Shown: piece after piece, positions 23,401 through 35,700 of the stretch
Numbering within the stretch: the first letter of the stretch is position 1
Layout: every line of letters begins with the position of its first letter
Source of the DNA: Prorocentrum cordatum
Taxonomy: Eukaryota
Direction: 5' to 3'
DNA length: 64,000 bases
NCBI GenBank assembly: GCA_963575745.1
Contig: CAUYUJ010000209.1
Span: 1 to 64,000 of the forward strand
Made by a program: the position numbers and the translations under genes
The notes under the pieces: model-generated
Told to the model about the DNA's origin: nothing
Databases searched by the model: none
The model's input: the letters and a program-made list of their open reading frames with translations, nothing else

Positions 23401-25848
23401 CCCCTCCCCCCACCGCCTCGTTCGCGCCGCCGAATGGAGTTCGAGGACGGCCACAAGGGAGGTCTGCGCGCCTGAGGGGCAACGACAGGGGGTGGGACTG
23501 GGTTCAGGCGGGGGTCATCGACCTGGAACCGGCGACACATCGCCAATAAATCGGCGACAGCGATAGCGGAACCGCACGATCCTGGGCGGGGTGGGCTGAC
23601 GGGCCCCTATCCGCGATCGATGGGCGATTGGGGGTCGATTCACCCCCTCCCCCCTGACCTGAGCCCGTCCCCTTGACTTTCGGGTCATCATTCGGCTCTC
23701 CGGCGGTCCTTCGGGGCGATCCAGGAACCCTCGGAACGTCTTCGGCGAGGCGCAGCTGCCGGAACGCGCCCCGAGACCAGAGAACCACCGAGAACCGACC
23801 AGACGCCCCAAAACCTCGAACCTCGAACCTCGAACCCGGACATGAGCCCACGGTCGGGAACTGTTGCTTAGCGTGTCGCGGCGGCGGCCCCAGCGACACG
23901 CTCCGCCGTGCAAGCTGACAGCGTGTCGCTCCACTCCGCGGGGCGGGAGGCCCGGAAAAAAACTCGAGACGTTGACTCGCGGGGGCTGGGCCGTGGAAGG
24001 CCTGTCGCGCCGAAGCGTGGTGGGCAAGGACCGGCAGCGCGACACGATGCTGCCCGCCCAGACCTCCGACGTCGTGTTTGTTTTTTCGGCAGCGCCGACC
24101 CCCAGTGGGCTGGATTCCTTCCCAGGGACGGGTTTTCCATTCTGAATCGCTTTTCGACGGCCCCGAGGCTCGGCAGGGCCCCCTGGAGGCTGAAAGCAGC
24201 GCAAAACCTCCCCCGTCGTGTTTTCTTCTCCACAGCGCGAAGGGGCTCTAGGCTCATTGCCCCCCCCCCCCGAGGCCGTGGCCCCGCAAGGCGCCCTCCC
24301 GGCCCAGGAGGGGCGCCCGGCCGAGGGGCCTGCGCGCACACACCCACACCCATACCCACAGGGGGGTCGGAGAGGGCTATGGGTGAGTGTTGTCGAATGG
24401 GGGTCCCCGCTCGAACGGGAGCGTTCCCCAGGGTCCGACAACCCGCACCCATACCCATAGCCAGTCCTCCTCTCAACGACCCCCCCGATGGGTATGGGTG
24501 TGTGTTGCTCGTTCGTCACTCTCTATGCGCAGCCCCCCTGTGCGGAGCGACCGCCCAGCGCACCCCTTTGGACGCCCGAGAGGGGTGCGGGGAGAAGGGG
24601 CACACATTGCGCAGCAACGAATGTTGTCCCAAACCAGCAGCGGCCGCTGTCGGGCAAGCGACCCTCTGTCTCGAGTGGACACGGGCCGCGGCGGCGTGGG
24701 CAGCGAGTCCTGTTCAAAATCAACAGGATCCGCTGTTGGACATTGTATGGGGGGCCACATGCGAACCCGACCCCTACCCCCCACGATTTCTGAGAGGGGG
24801 AGGGTGGGGTTCACCTCGCTCGGGAGCTCCCGAACAAAGTGAACCCCACCCTCCCCCTCAGAAATCGTGGGGGGTAGGGGTAGGGTTCGCTTGTGGCCCC
24901 CTGGCATCGGGGACCGACGAGGAATCGAGGATCAGCTCGAGGGTCGGAGGACAAATCCTTGAATCGTCGGCGGCGGGGCAGGGGCAGTCCGCACCAGCGT
25001 GGGGCGAATCGGGGCAGCCGATCGGCAAATTGTCCAGAGCGCCAAAGAGGAAGGCCGCAGGGAACAAATGATGGCCCTCTGGCGGCGCCTCTGGCGCCGC
25101 CCCTGGCGCGCTCCGTGCGCCAAGCCAGGGGGTCAAGCGCCGACGCGAGAAATCCGCGAGAAATCCGAGTTGTTACGTTTATGTAATTAGTTGTTGCCCG
25201 AAGAGGGCAAGCCCAGACTGCACGTCAAGAGAAAGCTGCAGGTAAGCCAAAAAGGCACGCTGGAAGAAATATTGATGCCAAGCTGAGATCAGTGTAGAAA
25301 CAGTGCGGTGGCAAGGCCAAGGCAGGCCGCGAGCAGGGCAGAGGCAAGGTGAAGGCAAGGTAATGATAGGCGAACAAACAGCTCGAAGGCAACCAATTCT
25401 AAGCCGAAAGCAAGACTGAAGGCTGGCTTAAAGGACGCTGAAGCAGAGCTGCATGCAAGCATACCCGATGGCATGCAAGCACATCTGCTACATTACGCGT
25501 CGGTACCTGCCCGAGCACTTGACCGTACGCGCTACGGCCCCCGTCACAGGCGCACACACTTTCGTGCAAGTTGGACTATGCCTAAGCAGCCGAAAGCATG
25601 GAGCGCACATGCACGTATGCACAGACGAGTGCACTCCGCACGCATGTGCGCGCGGGCATAACTTCTCGCCGTCGGCCTCGCCCGCAGAGGCGACAGGCGG
25701 GGAACACGAGAGCCTGGGCCCTAACCCCCAGGGGGCCTCAGATCTGGTCAAAAACATCGGCGCGCTCCCGCCAGAAGCGCTGACCGCCGTCGGCCGAGAT
25801 GTCGGTCAGGGCCCACTTGACGATGACGATGACGATGACGGCGACGAA

Positions 25849-25910
<62 letters not shown>

Positions 25911-28900
25911 TTGCGCCAGAACGCGCGGCCCGATCTGTCTCCGGGGCCCCGGCTCATCTGCCTTGCCCTCGAGCAGCTCCCCAGCGTCCCAGCCCTTGAA
26001 GAAGCGGTCGAGGAACTCCTGCCCCCGAGGAGAGGCCAGGCAGGAATCTTTGAAGGGGCCCAAGGACACACAAATAAATACACACAAATAAAAGGATTCC
26101 CAATATTTTTCCATAGTTTCTGGGTGTTTGTCTTCCCCCCCACTTCCCATCTTTTCCCATATTTTCTGGGGAATCGACGATTAATTGTGTCTGTGTGTTT
26201 TTCCCCCTCCCGATGAGCTCATTCCCGCGATGAAAACTCCTTCCTTCGATGAACTCCTGCCCTCGATAAGCAATTTCCCTGAAAGGGGAGGGACTCTACG
26301 AAAGCTGACTGCTCCAATCCAAGCCCCTGGCCTCGGAGGCGGTAGTCATGAAGGTGACGCCCAGCTCTTCCTCATGTTTCGCAGCCATGTGTAAAATGGC
26401 GGGCAGAACGATTCGCAAATTAAGCCACAGAGCTTAAGGGTGAAAGCCGGATGTGGAGCCCGAAATTGTCAAGCTCAACCTGGTGATAATAGATCCTGCC
26501 ATCTCGCTGGCACGCTCTCGCCTGCATGCCTCCAGGGGCCCTCGGAAGCAACCCGAGCTCCCCGCCTAGAACCTCGACACAGCGAAGGCCTGCGGCTCCC
26601 GGTCGGAAGCTCAGGAGGGAAGGACGAGGAGAGAGGAAGGAAAAGGATATCATTTAAGCCCGACCCGAGCGCCGAGCCATACTCGTACCTCACGCGTTCT
26701 CGAAGGAAGCAGGCTAGACAAAGCGGGCAAGGCAAATGGCACGACACGCAGCCAAAGCACGGCCAAGACGGAAGTTCCGTGATTGTTGAAGAACGTTTAG
26801 GGGAACCTGGAACTGCGCAAGGCCCAACCTCCCTTACCACCCGGGGGGCAGTAAGGGAGCACCCGTTCACTGGAATGCGTCAACACCCACCCCGAGATAG
26901 CGTCGCCTGAAATGGCAAGCAAGGAAGGATGTCGTTTGAGGCGACCAGGGGGTCTGCGCTGGGTGGGCCTGAAGAGAATCTGTCAACAGGGGTGGGGGAG
27001 ACAAATCCGTTCAAAATCAATCCCTGGACCCCTCCTGGGTCGAAACTAACAAGTGCTTAGAGTCGCGCGCGTCCAACGGTGGCGACGAGGGGGCACCTTT
27101 TGCCCCCCTTTGCGGCGGCTGGAACCTGTGCTGGGCCACCTCAGCTCCTCAGCCGGCTCAAACGATGTCGACACCCACCCATCGAGCAAGAACGTCTCAG
27201 CACGTCTGGCCATCCACCGGGCTCGCTCCCTTTCCCGATCCCTTGATCCGCGCACCCGGTCCTCCTCCTCCTCCTCCTCCTCCTCCTCCTCCTCCTCCTC
27301 CTCCTCCTCCTCCTCCTCCTCCTCCTTCTCTTCCCTTCTGCGTTACCCCGACGTTGATCAATGATCGCCGCGCCTGAAGACAGGCCAGGCAATTTAGAGA
27401 TACCGACCTAGGCGATGAGCAGTGGCCTGTGAACAAAACAGGTAGCCGAGCTAAGGGGATAAAAGCAAGCAGGAGTGAGAGGACAGGCAGTGAGAATGCG
27501 ACAAGAAAAAATAGCCCGTTCGGGTGCAGAGCATGCGTGCAGAAAGTCTTGAATGAGGTGAGGAGCGAAAGGCCACAAGCAACGCCCCAAGAGGACCCCG
27601 AGACCGCCAGCATGCGCCCAGGAAACTCCCAAGAGGCCCGAGGAGGCCCCCAAGATGGCCCAAGAGAGGCCCAAGAGAGGCCCCTGGAGGGTCCCCAAGA
27701 GGCCCCGGAAGGTCTCACCCGTTGACGTCATCCCTCTCCTGGGAGGCCGGCGGAACGGCGCAGGCCTCTCGAAGAACTGCCCGTTCGGGCGCAGAGCATG
27801 CGAGCTGAAAGCCCTCGAGGAGGTGAGGAATGAACAGTCCACATTATAACAGATTCCATTCCTCCTCCTCCTCCTCCTCCTCCGCCTCATCCTCCTCCTC
27901 CTCCTCCTCCTACTCCTCCTTCTGCGTCCTTCTGCGAAAAGAACAAGTTACCGCCTGTACACACAATAAGCGCAGCAGCATGCCCGTTAAAGAAAAGAAC
28001 ACAGAGAAACGAGAAAAGGGTTGGTCCTCGTGCTGCACGCGGCGGCTGTTCAGGGAGTTGGCAGCGGCGGCGGAGAAGCGAGGATGTGTGAAACTGGATA
28101 AATCCTGCCAAAAACTGAGCCATTGGAAGGGTCGACACCCGACTTCAAAAGCCTCAGAGAGTTGGCAGCGTCTCGGTTGCCAGGCCCCCCGTTACAAGGT
28201 TCCCGAACAAATCTGGAGCGTTCCGAACCAAAAGCCCCGCACCGAGAACAGTACGCCATCCGACCTCCCCCGAGCCACATTCCCATCTCCTCCTCCTCAT
28301 CCTCCTCCTTCTCCTCCTCCTCCACCTCCTCCTCCTCCTCGTTCTCCTCCTCCTCCTCCGCCTCCTCGCCCACCTCATCCTCTTGAAGGTGCCACGCGCC
28401 ACTTCCAAGTTATCCTGGCGAAGGACCCAACCAGATGCAGGTGCTAGCACCGTGGTTGTAGGTATCGTCTTCGATGGAAATCCCTATGGGGTCACGAAAC
28501 GTGTGATGGATGAGTGTGCCGAAATGGGCGCGGCGGTGCCATGCTGGCGCTGCCACTGTGGTCTTCGGCGGAGCTCCCTTTGGAGCCCCGAAACGTGTGA
28601 GGGGTTCGCCGGAATTGGCGCGTCTGCGCCACGCTGGCGCAGCCTCTGGGGCGTTCGATGGACCCCCTATGCCGCTACGAAGCGCTTGAGAGGTATGCCG
28701 AAATGGATGCGGCGGTGCCATGCGGGCGCTCCCACTGAGGCCTTCGGTGGAGCTCCCCATAGGGGCAACGAAGCGTGTGAGGGGTGTGCCGACATGAATG
28801 CGGTGGCGCCATGCAAACGCAGCCACTGGGACTTCGGTGGAGCTCCTTGTGGGCCCACTAAACGTGTGAGGGGTACCTCGAAATCGGTGCGGTGCCGACG

Positions 28901-31174
28901 TGGGGACTGTGCGAATGTAGCCGTCGGTGGAGCTCACTACGGGGCCACGTAACGTGTGAAGGGTGTGCCAATATGTGTGCGGTGGGGGGTATGCGAACGC
29001 AGCCTATGGAGCCGTCGGTTACGCTCCGTATGTGGCAACGAAACGTGTGAGTGCGTGCCGGCATGAAAACGGTGGTGTCATGCGAACGCAGCCACTGGGG
29101 CCTTCGGTTGCACTCCGCATGTGGCAACGAAACGTGTGCGGGGTTTGCCAAAATAGACGTGGTGGTGCCATGCGATCGCAACCACAAAGGCCTCGGTGGA
29201 GGTCCCTAAGGGGCCACGGAACGTGTGAGGTGTGTGTGCCGCAATGCGTGCCGTGGGGACATGCGAACGCAGCCACTGGGACCTTCGGTTGCGCTTTCTA
29301 TGTGGCATCGAAACGTGTGAAGACATTGCCGAAATGAGCTCGGTGGTGCCATTGCGAGCGCAGCCACGGGAAGCTTCGGTGGAGCGCCTTCTAGGGGCGC
29401 AAAGCGCGTGAGGGGTGGGCCGAAATGGTTGACATGCGGAGGGCACAGGCAGGAATGAGAGGAGGGAGGAGGGAGGAGGGGGAGGAAAGAGAAGTGAGTG
29501 AAGAACACAGGGCGCTGTCTCTTCAAAACGGGGACTCAACACCACAGGAGGGTTAGGAAACAAGACTCTACCTCCACCCCTCGCCCCCATCTCCCCCCGT
29601 TCAAGATAAAGTCCCTCTGCTCCTTCGTCGCCCCCCTCTGGTCGCCTAGACTGCCCCTGGGGGGCTGAAGGGAGGGAGTAACAGAGGAGACAGGAGGAGG
29701 GACAGAGGGACAGACGCCCCCCGCCAGGAGGGAGGGGGAAGGAGGCAGGAGGGGGAAGGGGGAGGGACATGAGCAGGGGAAGGGGGAGGTGTAGAAAGGG
29801 AAGGATGGACAGGGCCAGGACCTGCTGGCCCCATCCTGGAGGAGGAAACGCAACGCATCAGACTCCGCAACGAGAGGAGGAAGGGAAAGGGAGCGAAGGA
29901 GAGCACTCTGCACCACACGCTGCCGAAGCAGAGGGCGGGAGATCTTCTGCGGAGGATCTCCTGCCCCGGGTGCTGCTGCCTGGCCGACGTGGCCGCAGGC
30001 AGTGCCCTCCTCGATAAGCCTCCGCCTCCGCCGCCACCTGGGTTCGGAGACCCCTCGTAATCCACAGCGCCAGCGCCCCGCCTTTGCCGTGCGGGGGCGC
30101 CCTCCCCCCCCGTCCCCTCCACGTCGTAGAACTTGGGGTCCCGCTTGCCGCCCTGCCCGAAGCGCTCGGTGAACAGGATCCACTGCTCCTGTCCCAGGGG
30201 GGGGAGGCGCGAATGCAGGGGCCCTGGGACACACAAATACATACAAACAGATAACAGGATTCCCCATATGTGTCCCATATGTTCTGGGCTGTTGCCTTCC
30301 CCCCCACTTCCCATGGTTTCCCATATTTTCTGGGGAATCGACGATGAATTGTGTCTGTGTGTCTGTTTTCCTCCTGAGCGAAAAGAAACTGTGCTCTGGA
30401 GCGGTTGTCCTACAGCAGGGGCCCTTCCACAAGGAACCCTCCACGAAAAAGCCAATCCTGAGACCCCAGGACGTCCATGGATTTCTGGTGTGGGAGCGCC
30501 ACGCTTTCCGCAGCAAAACCATCGAAACCAAAGAGACCCAGGGCACCTTGGAGCCAAGCAGGGTGTTTCTTGGCATGGGTTGCCACTGTAGAAGATGAAG
30601 ATGGTGAGGATCATGGTGCGGTTGCTGCTGCGAATGCAAATGGTGGTGATGATGCAGGCGATGCTGATGTTGATGATGATGGTGATGGTGACGGTGATGG
30701 AGATGGAGATGGTGATGGTAGTGGTGATGACGATGATGGTGATGATGCTGATGGTGTTGATGCTGATGGTGATAATGAGTACGCAGGTGATGGTGATGAT
30801 GCTGGCGATGATGCGGGCGATGATAATAGCGATGGTGATGATGATGGTGATGCTGATGATGCTGATGATGCTGATGTTGCTGATGATTCTGATGGTAATA
30901 GTGATTAGGAGAAGGATACTGACGGCGATGATGCTGGTCCTGATGATGATGGTGATGATGCCGATGGCAATGATGTTGGTGATGATATTATTGATGACAA
31001 CGCCGGTGCGGATGATGGTGGTGATGATGAGGATACTGGTGATGGTGGTGATGATATGGATGACGATGATGGATGATGATGATGATGAGAATGACGATGC
31101 TGATGAAAACGATGATGATGATGAAACAATGATGATGATGAACACGATGATGATGATGATGATGATGATGATGC

Positions 31175-31205
<31 letters not shown>

Positions 31206-31257
31206 GGTGGTGATGAGAATGACGATGCTGATGAAAACGATGATGATGATGAAAACA

Positions 31258-31292
<35 letters not shown>

Positions 31293-31325
31293 AATGCTGA
31301 TGGAAACGATGATGATGAGGAACGC

Positions 31326-31389
<64 letters not shown>

Positions 31390-32692
31390 ATGATGATGAT
31401 GATGGTGGTGATAATGATGATGACGAAAAAAGAAGAATACGCAGAAGAAGCACAATAATAATGAATACAGGGCAGCGTTCAATACATAGGATGTTTCAAA
31501 ATATATGATGCATTAATGTATGAACACATGTATGCATGAACTCATCCCTGCATCTTCAATACGTGATCCGCACGCGGAGCATGTACTAAAACGGCACTGT
31601 ACTAAGCACGCAGACAGAAACGCCCGAAGCTCCGCGCGGAGTTCTTGGACCGGCGATGGGCCCGCCGCCCCCCGGCGCGCTCCGGGGCGCGCGGGGGGGG
31701 GCGGCGCCTCGTGCGGCGCAGGCCCCCAGACCTCCGCGCGGACCTCTGACATCGAAGGGGCCCAGGGACACACAAATTCGCCGGCCCAACGGGCCAGAGG
31801 CGTGCTAAGATCTCCGGCAACTGGTTACCAATATTTCTAGTTCGCGCGCGCGGGGCGGCCCCTGGGGGTCCCCCGGCGAAAAGTATCCCGACCGCAGCCC
31901 GACCAGGTCTACTCAGAGATCGTTTTGAGGGCCTTTTTTCGACACCCCTCACGAGGATCGTGGCCTCCGAAGGGGGTGCACTCGACTGCCCCGCCCCAAG
32001 AGGCCCCCAAGAGCCCCCAAAGAGGCCCAAGGGGGCCCCAAGACGCCGCCAAGGAGCCCAAAGAGACCCCCAAGAGGCCCCCAAGAGGCCCCTAGGAGGC
32101 CCCAAAGAAGCCCGCAAGAGGCTTCAAAGAGGCCCCATAGAGCGCTCGAGGGCCGGCGGAATGAGCGAAGCGATTAAATGAATACACATAAATAACAGGA
32201 TTCCCCATACGTTTTTTTTTCTCTCTCTCTTTTTTTTTGAGTTTTCTTCTTCCCTCCCCCCCACTTCCCATATGTTCCCATCTTTTCCTGAGAATCGACG
32301 ATTCTTTGTGTTTTTTTCCCTTTCCGAGACATTTCGTTTCACCGCAAACACTCCACGTGCAGCTAGCATCCGCGCGCTACTCTCGGAAGTGCCGTGGTCA
32401 GCGTCCGCCGCCGCGCCACTGCCCGCGAGCAGCGCTCGGTGACGGGCACAGGAGGAGGAGGAGGAGGAGGAGGAGGAGGAGGTGGAGGAGGAGGGCACAG
32501 GAGGAGGAGAAGGAGGAGGGCACAGGGAGAGGAGGAGGAGGAGGATGAGGAGGAGGAGAGGAGGAGGAGGAGGAGGAGGGCACAAGAGGAGAAGGAGGAG
32601 GAGGAGAAGTATGGGTACCCAGAAGAAAGTGACACAGGAGCCCAGAACAAGGAGCGGAGGAGGATGGAGGAGGAGGAGGAGAGGAGGAGGAG

Positions 32693-32723
<31 letters not shown>

Positions 32724-35700
32724 GGAGGAGGAGCGAGGAGCGAGGAGGAGCGAGGGCACAGGAGGCGGAGGAGGAGGAGGAGGAGGAGGAGGAGGGCAAG
32801 CGAGGGCACTGAGGAGCGAGGGCAATGGAGGAGGAGCGAGGCGTCGCCCACGGCGAGCCTCGACCACGACGGGGCTCCCCGACGCAGATCCGAGGCACGG
32901 CCCGAAGACCTCCGCCCGGGGCCCACTCAGAGGGGGAGGCGGAGGAGGAAGGAGGAGGACGGGACGGAGAGAGGAGGATAGGGCGAGGATCAGTACGAGG
33001 AGGAGGAAGAGGAGGAGGAGGAGGAGGAGGAGGAGGAGGGAGAGGAGGAGGAGGAGGAGGAGGAGGAGGAGGAGGAGGAGGAGGAAGGCGCAGGAGCAGG
33101 AGGAGGAGGAGGATGTGACTTCGAGGAGGTGGGGGAGGGAGTGACTTCTGCCCCTCCTGAGCCCCAGATGCCAACTATGCTGGCGTCTCGGCTGAAGCAC
33201 CTCTCGGGGTTCTCGGGGGCTCGAGGAATGGAGCCGGTCAATCATGTTGTCTCCCGTGGAGGACCCGAAAGCACTACGGGACGGAAGGAGCCGCCGCGAC
33301 TGCTGGGGCCGCCGCGGCTGCTGGCGCCGCCCGCGGGAGCGCCGCCGACGACCGCCCGCACGGCGGCGGGAAGCGGAGGCGGACGGAACGGCAGGGGGAT
33401 TGCTTTTCGCGGCGCGCGAGGCGGAGTCACCGAGGCGCCCTCTGCGGCTCCTGCGCCTCTTCCCGCCCGTCGGCGCTGCGGGCGCTGCCGGCACCACCGC
33501 CCTCGCCCAGTCTGCGCGCGTGTCTGGCTCGGGTGTTGCTAGAAGTGCTCCTGGCCCCAGGTGCCTCCAGCTTTTCGCTCCGCTTTGGAGGCCCTGGAGC
33601 CCTCTGGGCCTCGTGAGGGGTGCCCTGGAGGCCGTCTGGGGCACCCCCGAGAACCCTGGGGGTACCTTGGGCCAGATGTACTTCTGGCAACACCCGGCTG
33701 GTGGGCAGGCAGTCTGCCAGCACGGCCCGCCAGTCGCTCGCGGGCTGCGCCATCCGCGCGAGGATGCGCACCACGCAGTCGACGTTGAGCACCGGGTGTG
33801 CGCCTCGTGGGCCGTACCTCCGGAGCGGCAGCCGCCGCAGCCTGGTCGCCCCGTGCTCTTCGGCCTGGCGCCGGACCGTGCCCTTGAGGACGAAGCGGTC
33901 GACGAGCCCGCCGATCACGTAGATGTCCTCCCGAGACAGCTCCTCGAGGTCCTCTTGGCGGCGCGCCCAGGGGGGAAATGGAGGGGCGGGCCTTCTCAGA
34001 AGGCTCGGAAGTTGCCCCTGGCCTTCTGAGAGGCTTTCGGAGCCTTCCCCCGAGGAGACACAGGGAGCTTCTCAGAAGGCATTAGAGCTTCTGAGAAGTC
34101 CCACCGCCTTCTGAGAAGCCCTTCTCCTTCTCGTTTCCCCCCCTCGCGCGCCGCCGATCCTCGTCCGCGTCGGGCGAAAGCACCACGATCCTGGACCTGT
34201 CGAAGAGCTCCCAGTAGGGGGCCTGCTGGCAGTGCACCAGCCACTTGCGGAATCCCAGGTCCTCCAGGAAGGGCAGCACGGGGTTCGCGGGACCGACGGA
34301 CGTCAGGTGCAGCTGCAGCTCGGAGCGCTGGTCGCGGAGGAACATGTAGGCCATCTGTGCCTGCTTGGCCAGCGAGAACTGCTCCTCGTGGGCGAAGCAC
34401 ATCTCCGCATCCGCTGCCTCGCGGACCAGGCCCCCTGGCCGCGACCCCGCAGATACGGGGCGCTTTGAGGGCGGATGCCCCGCTCGGAACGTGCCCGTGC
34501 GACCGCGTCATCGGCGGGACCGCGCCACGGAATCCAGACTGCGGGGACGTGGATACGGATACGTTCGCCACTCGTGAGCTCCCTCGGCCCCATGGCCTCC
34601 GCGAAGCTGCAGCTGATCAGGACCTTTGGCGACCCGTGCTCGTGTGCCCACCGCAGGCTCTCCCTCAGCTCCGCCTCACGCGCCGCGTCCCGCTCGCGCG
34701 AGGCGGCGGCGCGCTCCAGGATCGAGGCGCGCTCCTCGTCGCTCATCTCGGCCCACGCCGCGTCGGCCGCCTCCATCCTCTTCTTCTCGGGTCGGACGGG
34801 GGGGGGCGGTAGCAACGGGCGGGGGGGAGGTTGCGCATCGGTGAGGTTTCGCCACGTTGCGCCCGCGTGCGCGGGGATGGGCGGCCGATCTTCCCAGCGC
34901 CTCCCCGCGGAGGAGGCGCCAGTGCATCGAGGCAGGCGCCCGGCGGCGGCACCGAAGAGCAGCTGCACGCCGCGGGTTCCGTGCCGCGGGGCGCAGACGG
35001 ACGCGCGAGCACGGGGCGTCCCCCCCTTGGAGGCGCACGTCCGACCGGAGCGTGCAGTGGAAGCACGTTGCGGCATGCTGTTGATTAGCCAAGCGGCATG
35101 GACAGACAGCGCTCGCCACGGCACGTGGACTATCAAGGGTGCTTCGGCGTGCGCGCTGCCCGCGGGGAAGCGGCGCACGCACAATGCACACTACACAGCG
35201 CACTCGTGTCGGAGTCCGACCGATACTCCTTTCTATCTGGAGGCCTCCCGGATGGGGTCCCAGTAGATGGGATCGGCGGATCGCGCCGCATTGCCAATGT
35301 ACCGCCGATGAATCGCCGATGCGTCGGCGACGTCGACAATGCATCGGCGCCACTGGCGTGGAGACAATCGGGCTCCGCATCGAGCCACATCGCCGATGCA
35401 TCGCCGATGCGCCGCGACCCTCTGACCCCATCTGCGTCAACCCCATTGGGGCGGTCTGGACTTTCCTGGGCCCCCCCTCACCCCTTGCGGCCTGGCCTGC
35501 CAGGCGCTTCTTCTCAAGTGCCGCAGGGGGCCTGGCCCGCCGCGGACGGTCTGCAGACCGCTTTCCATCTGTCCATCTGTCCCTCTAGCGTTGCACCCTG
35601 GCTGTCGGGTCATAACCCTATGACGGTGAGAATCGCACCCTGGGCTGAAGCTCGGGGTCCTGGAAGGATAACTTTTTCCCAGAGATATCGGTATTGGGAT

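Noticed and set aside
25200..25560. Lys/Ala-rich histone-like coding fragment
   Set aside because: Multiple stops, no recognisable DVNP/HLP/histone motif.
33661..33668. Canonical AAG|GTACC donor in Trm10
   Set aside because: Lies inside the TIR arm of the 33530-33696 element, after the conserved domain end; cannot be preferred without cDNA.
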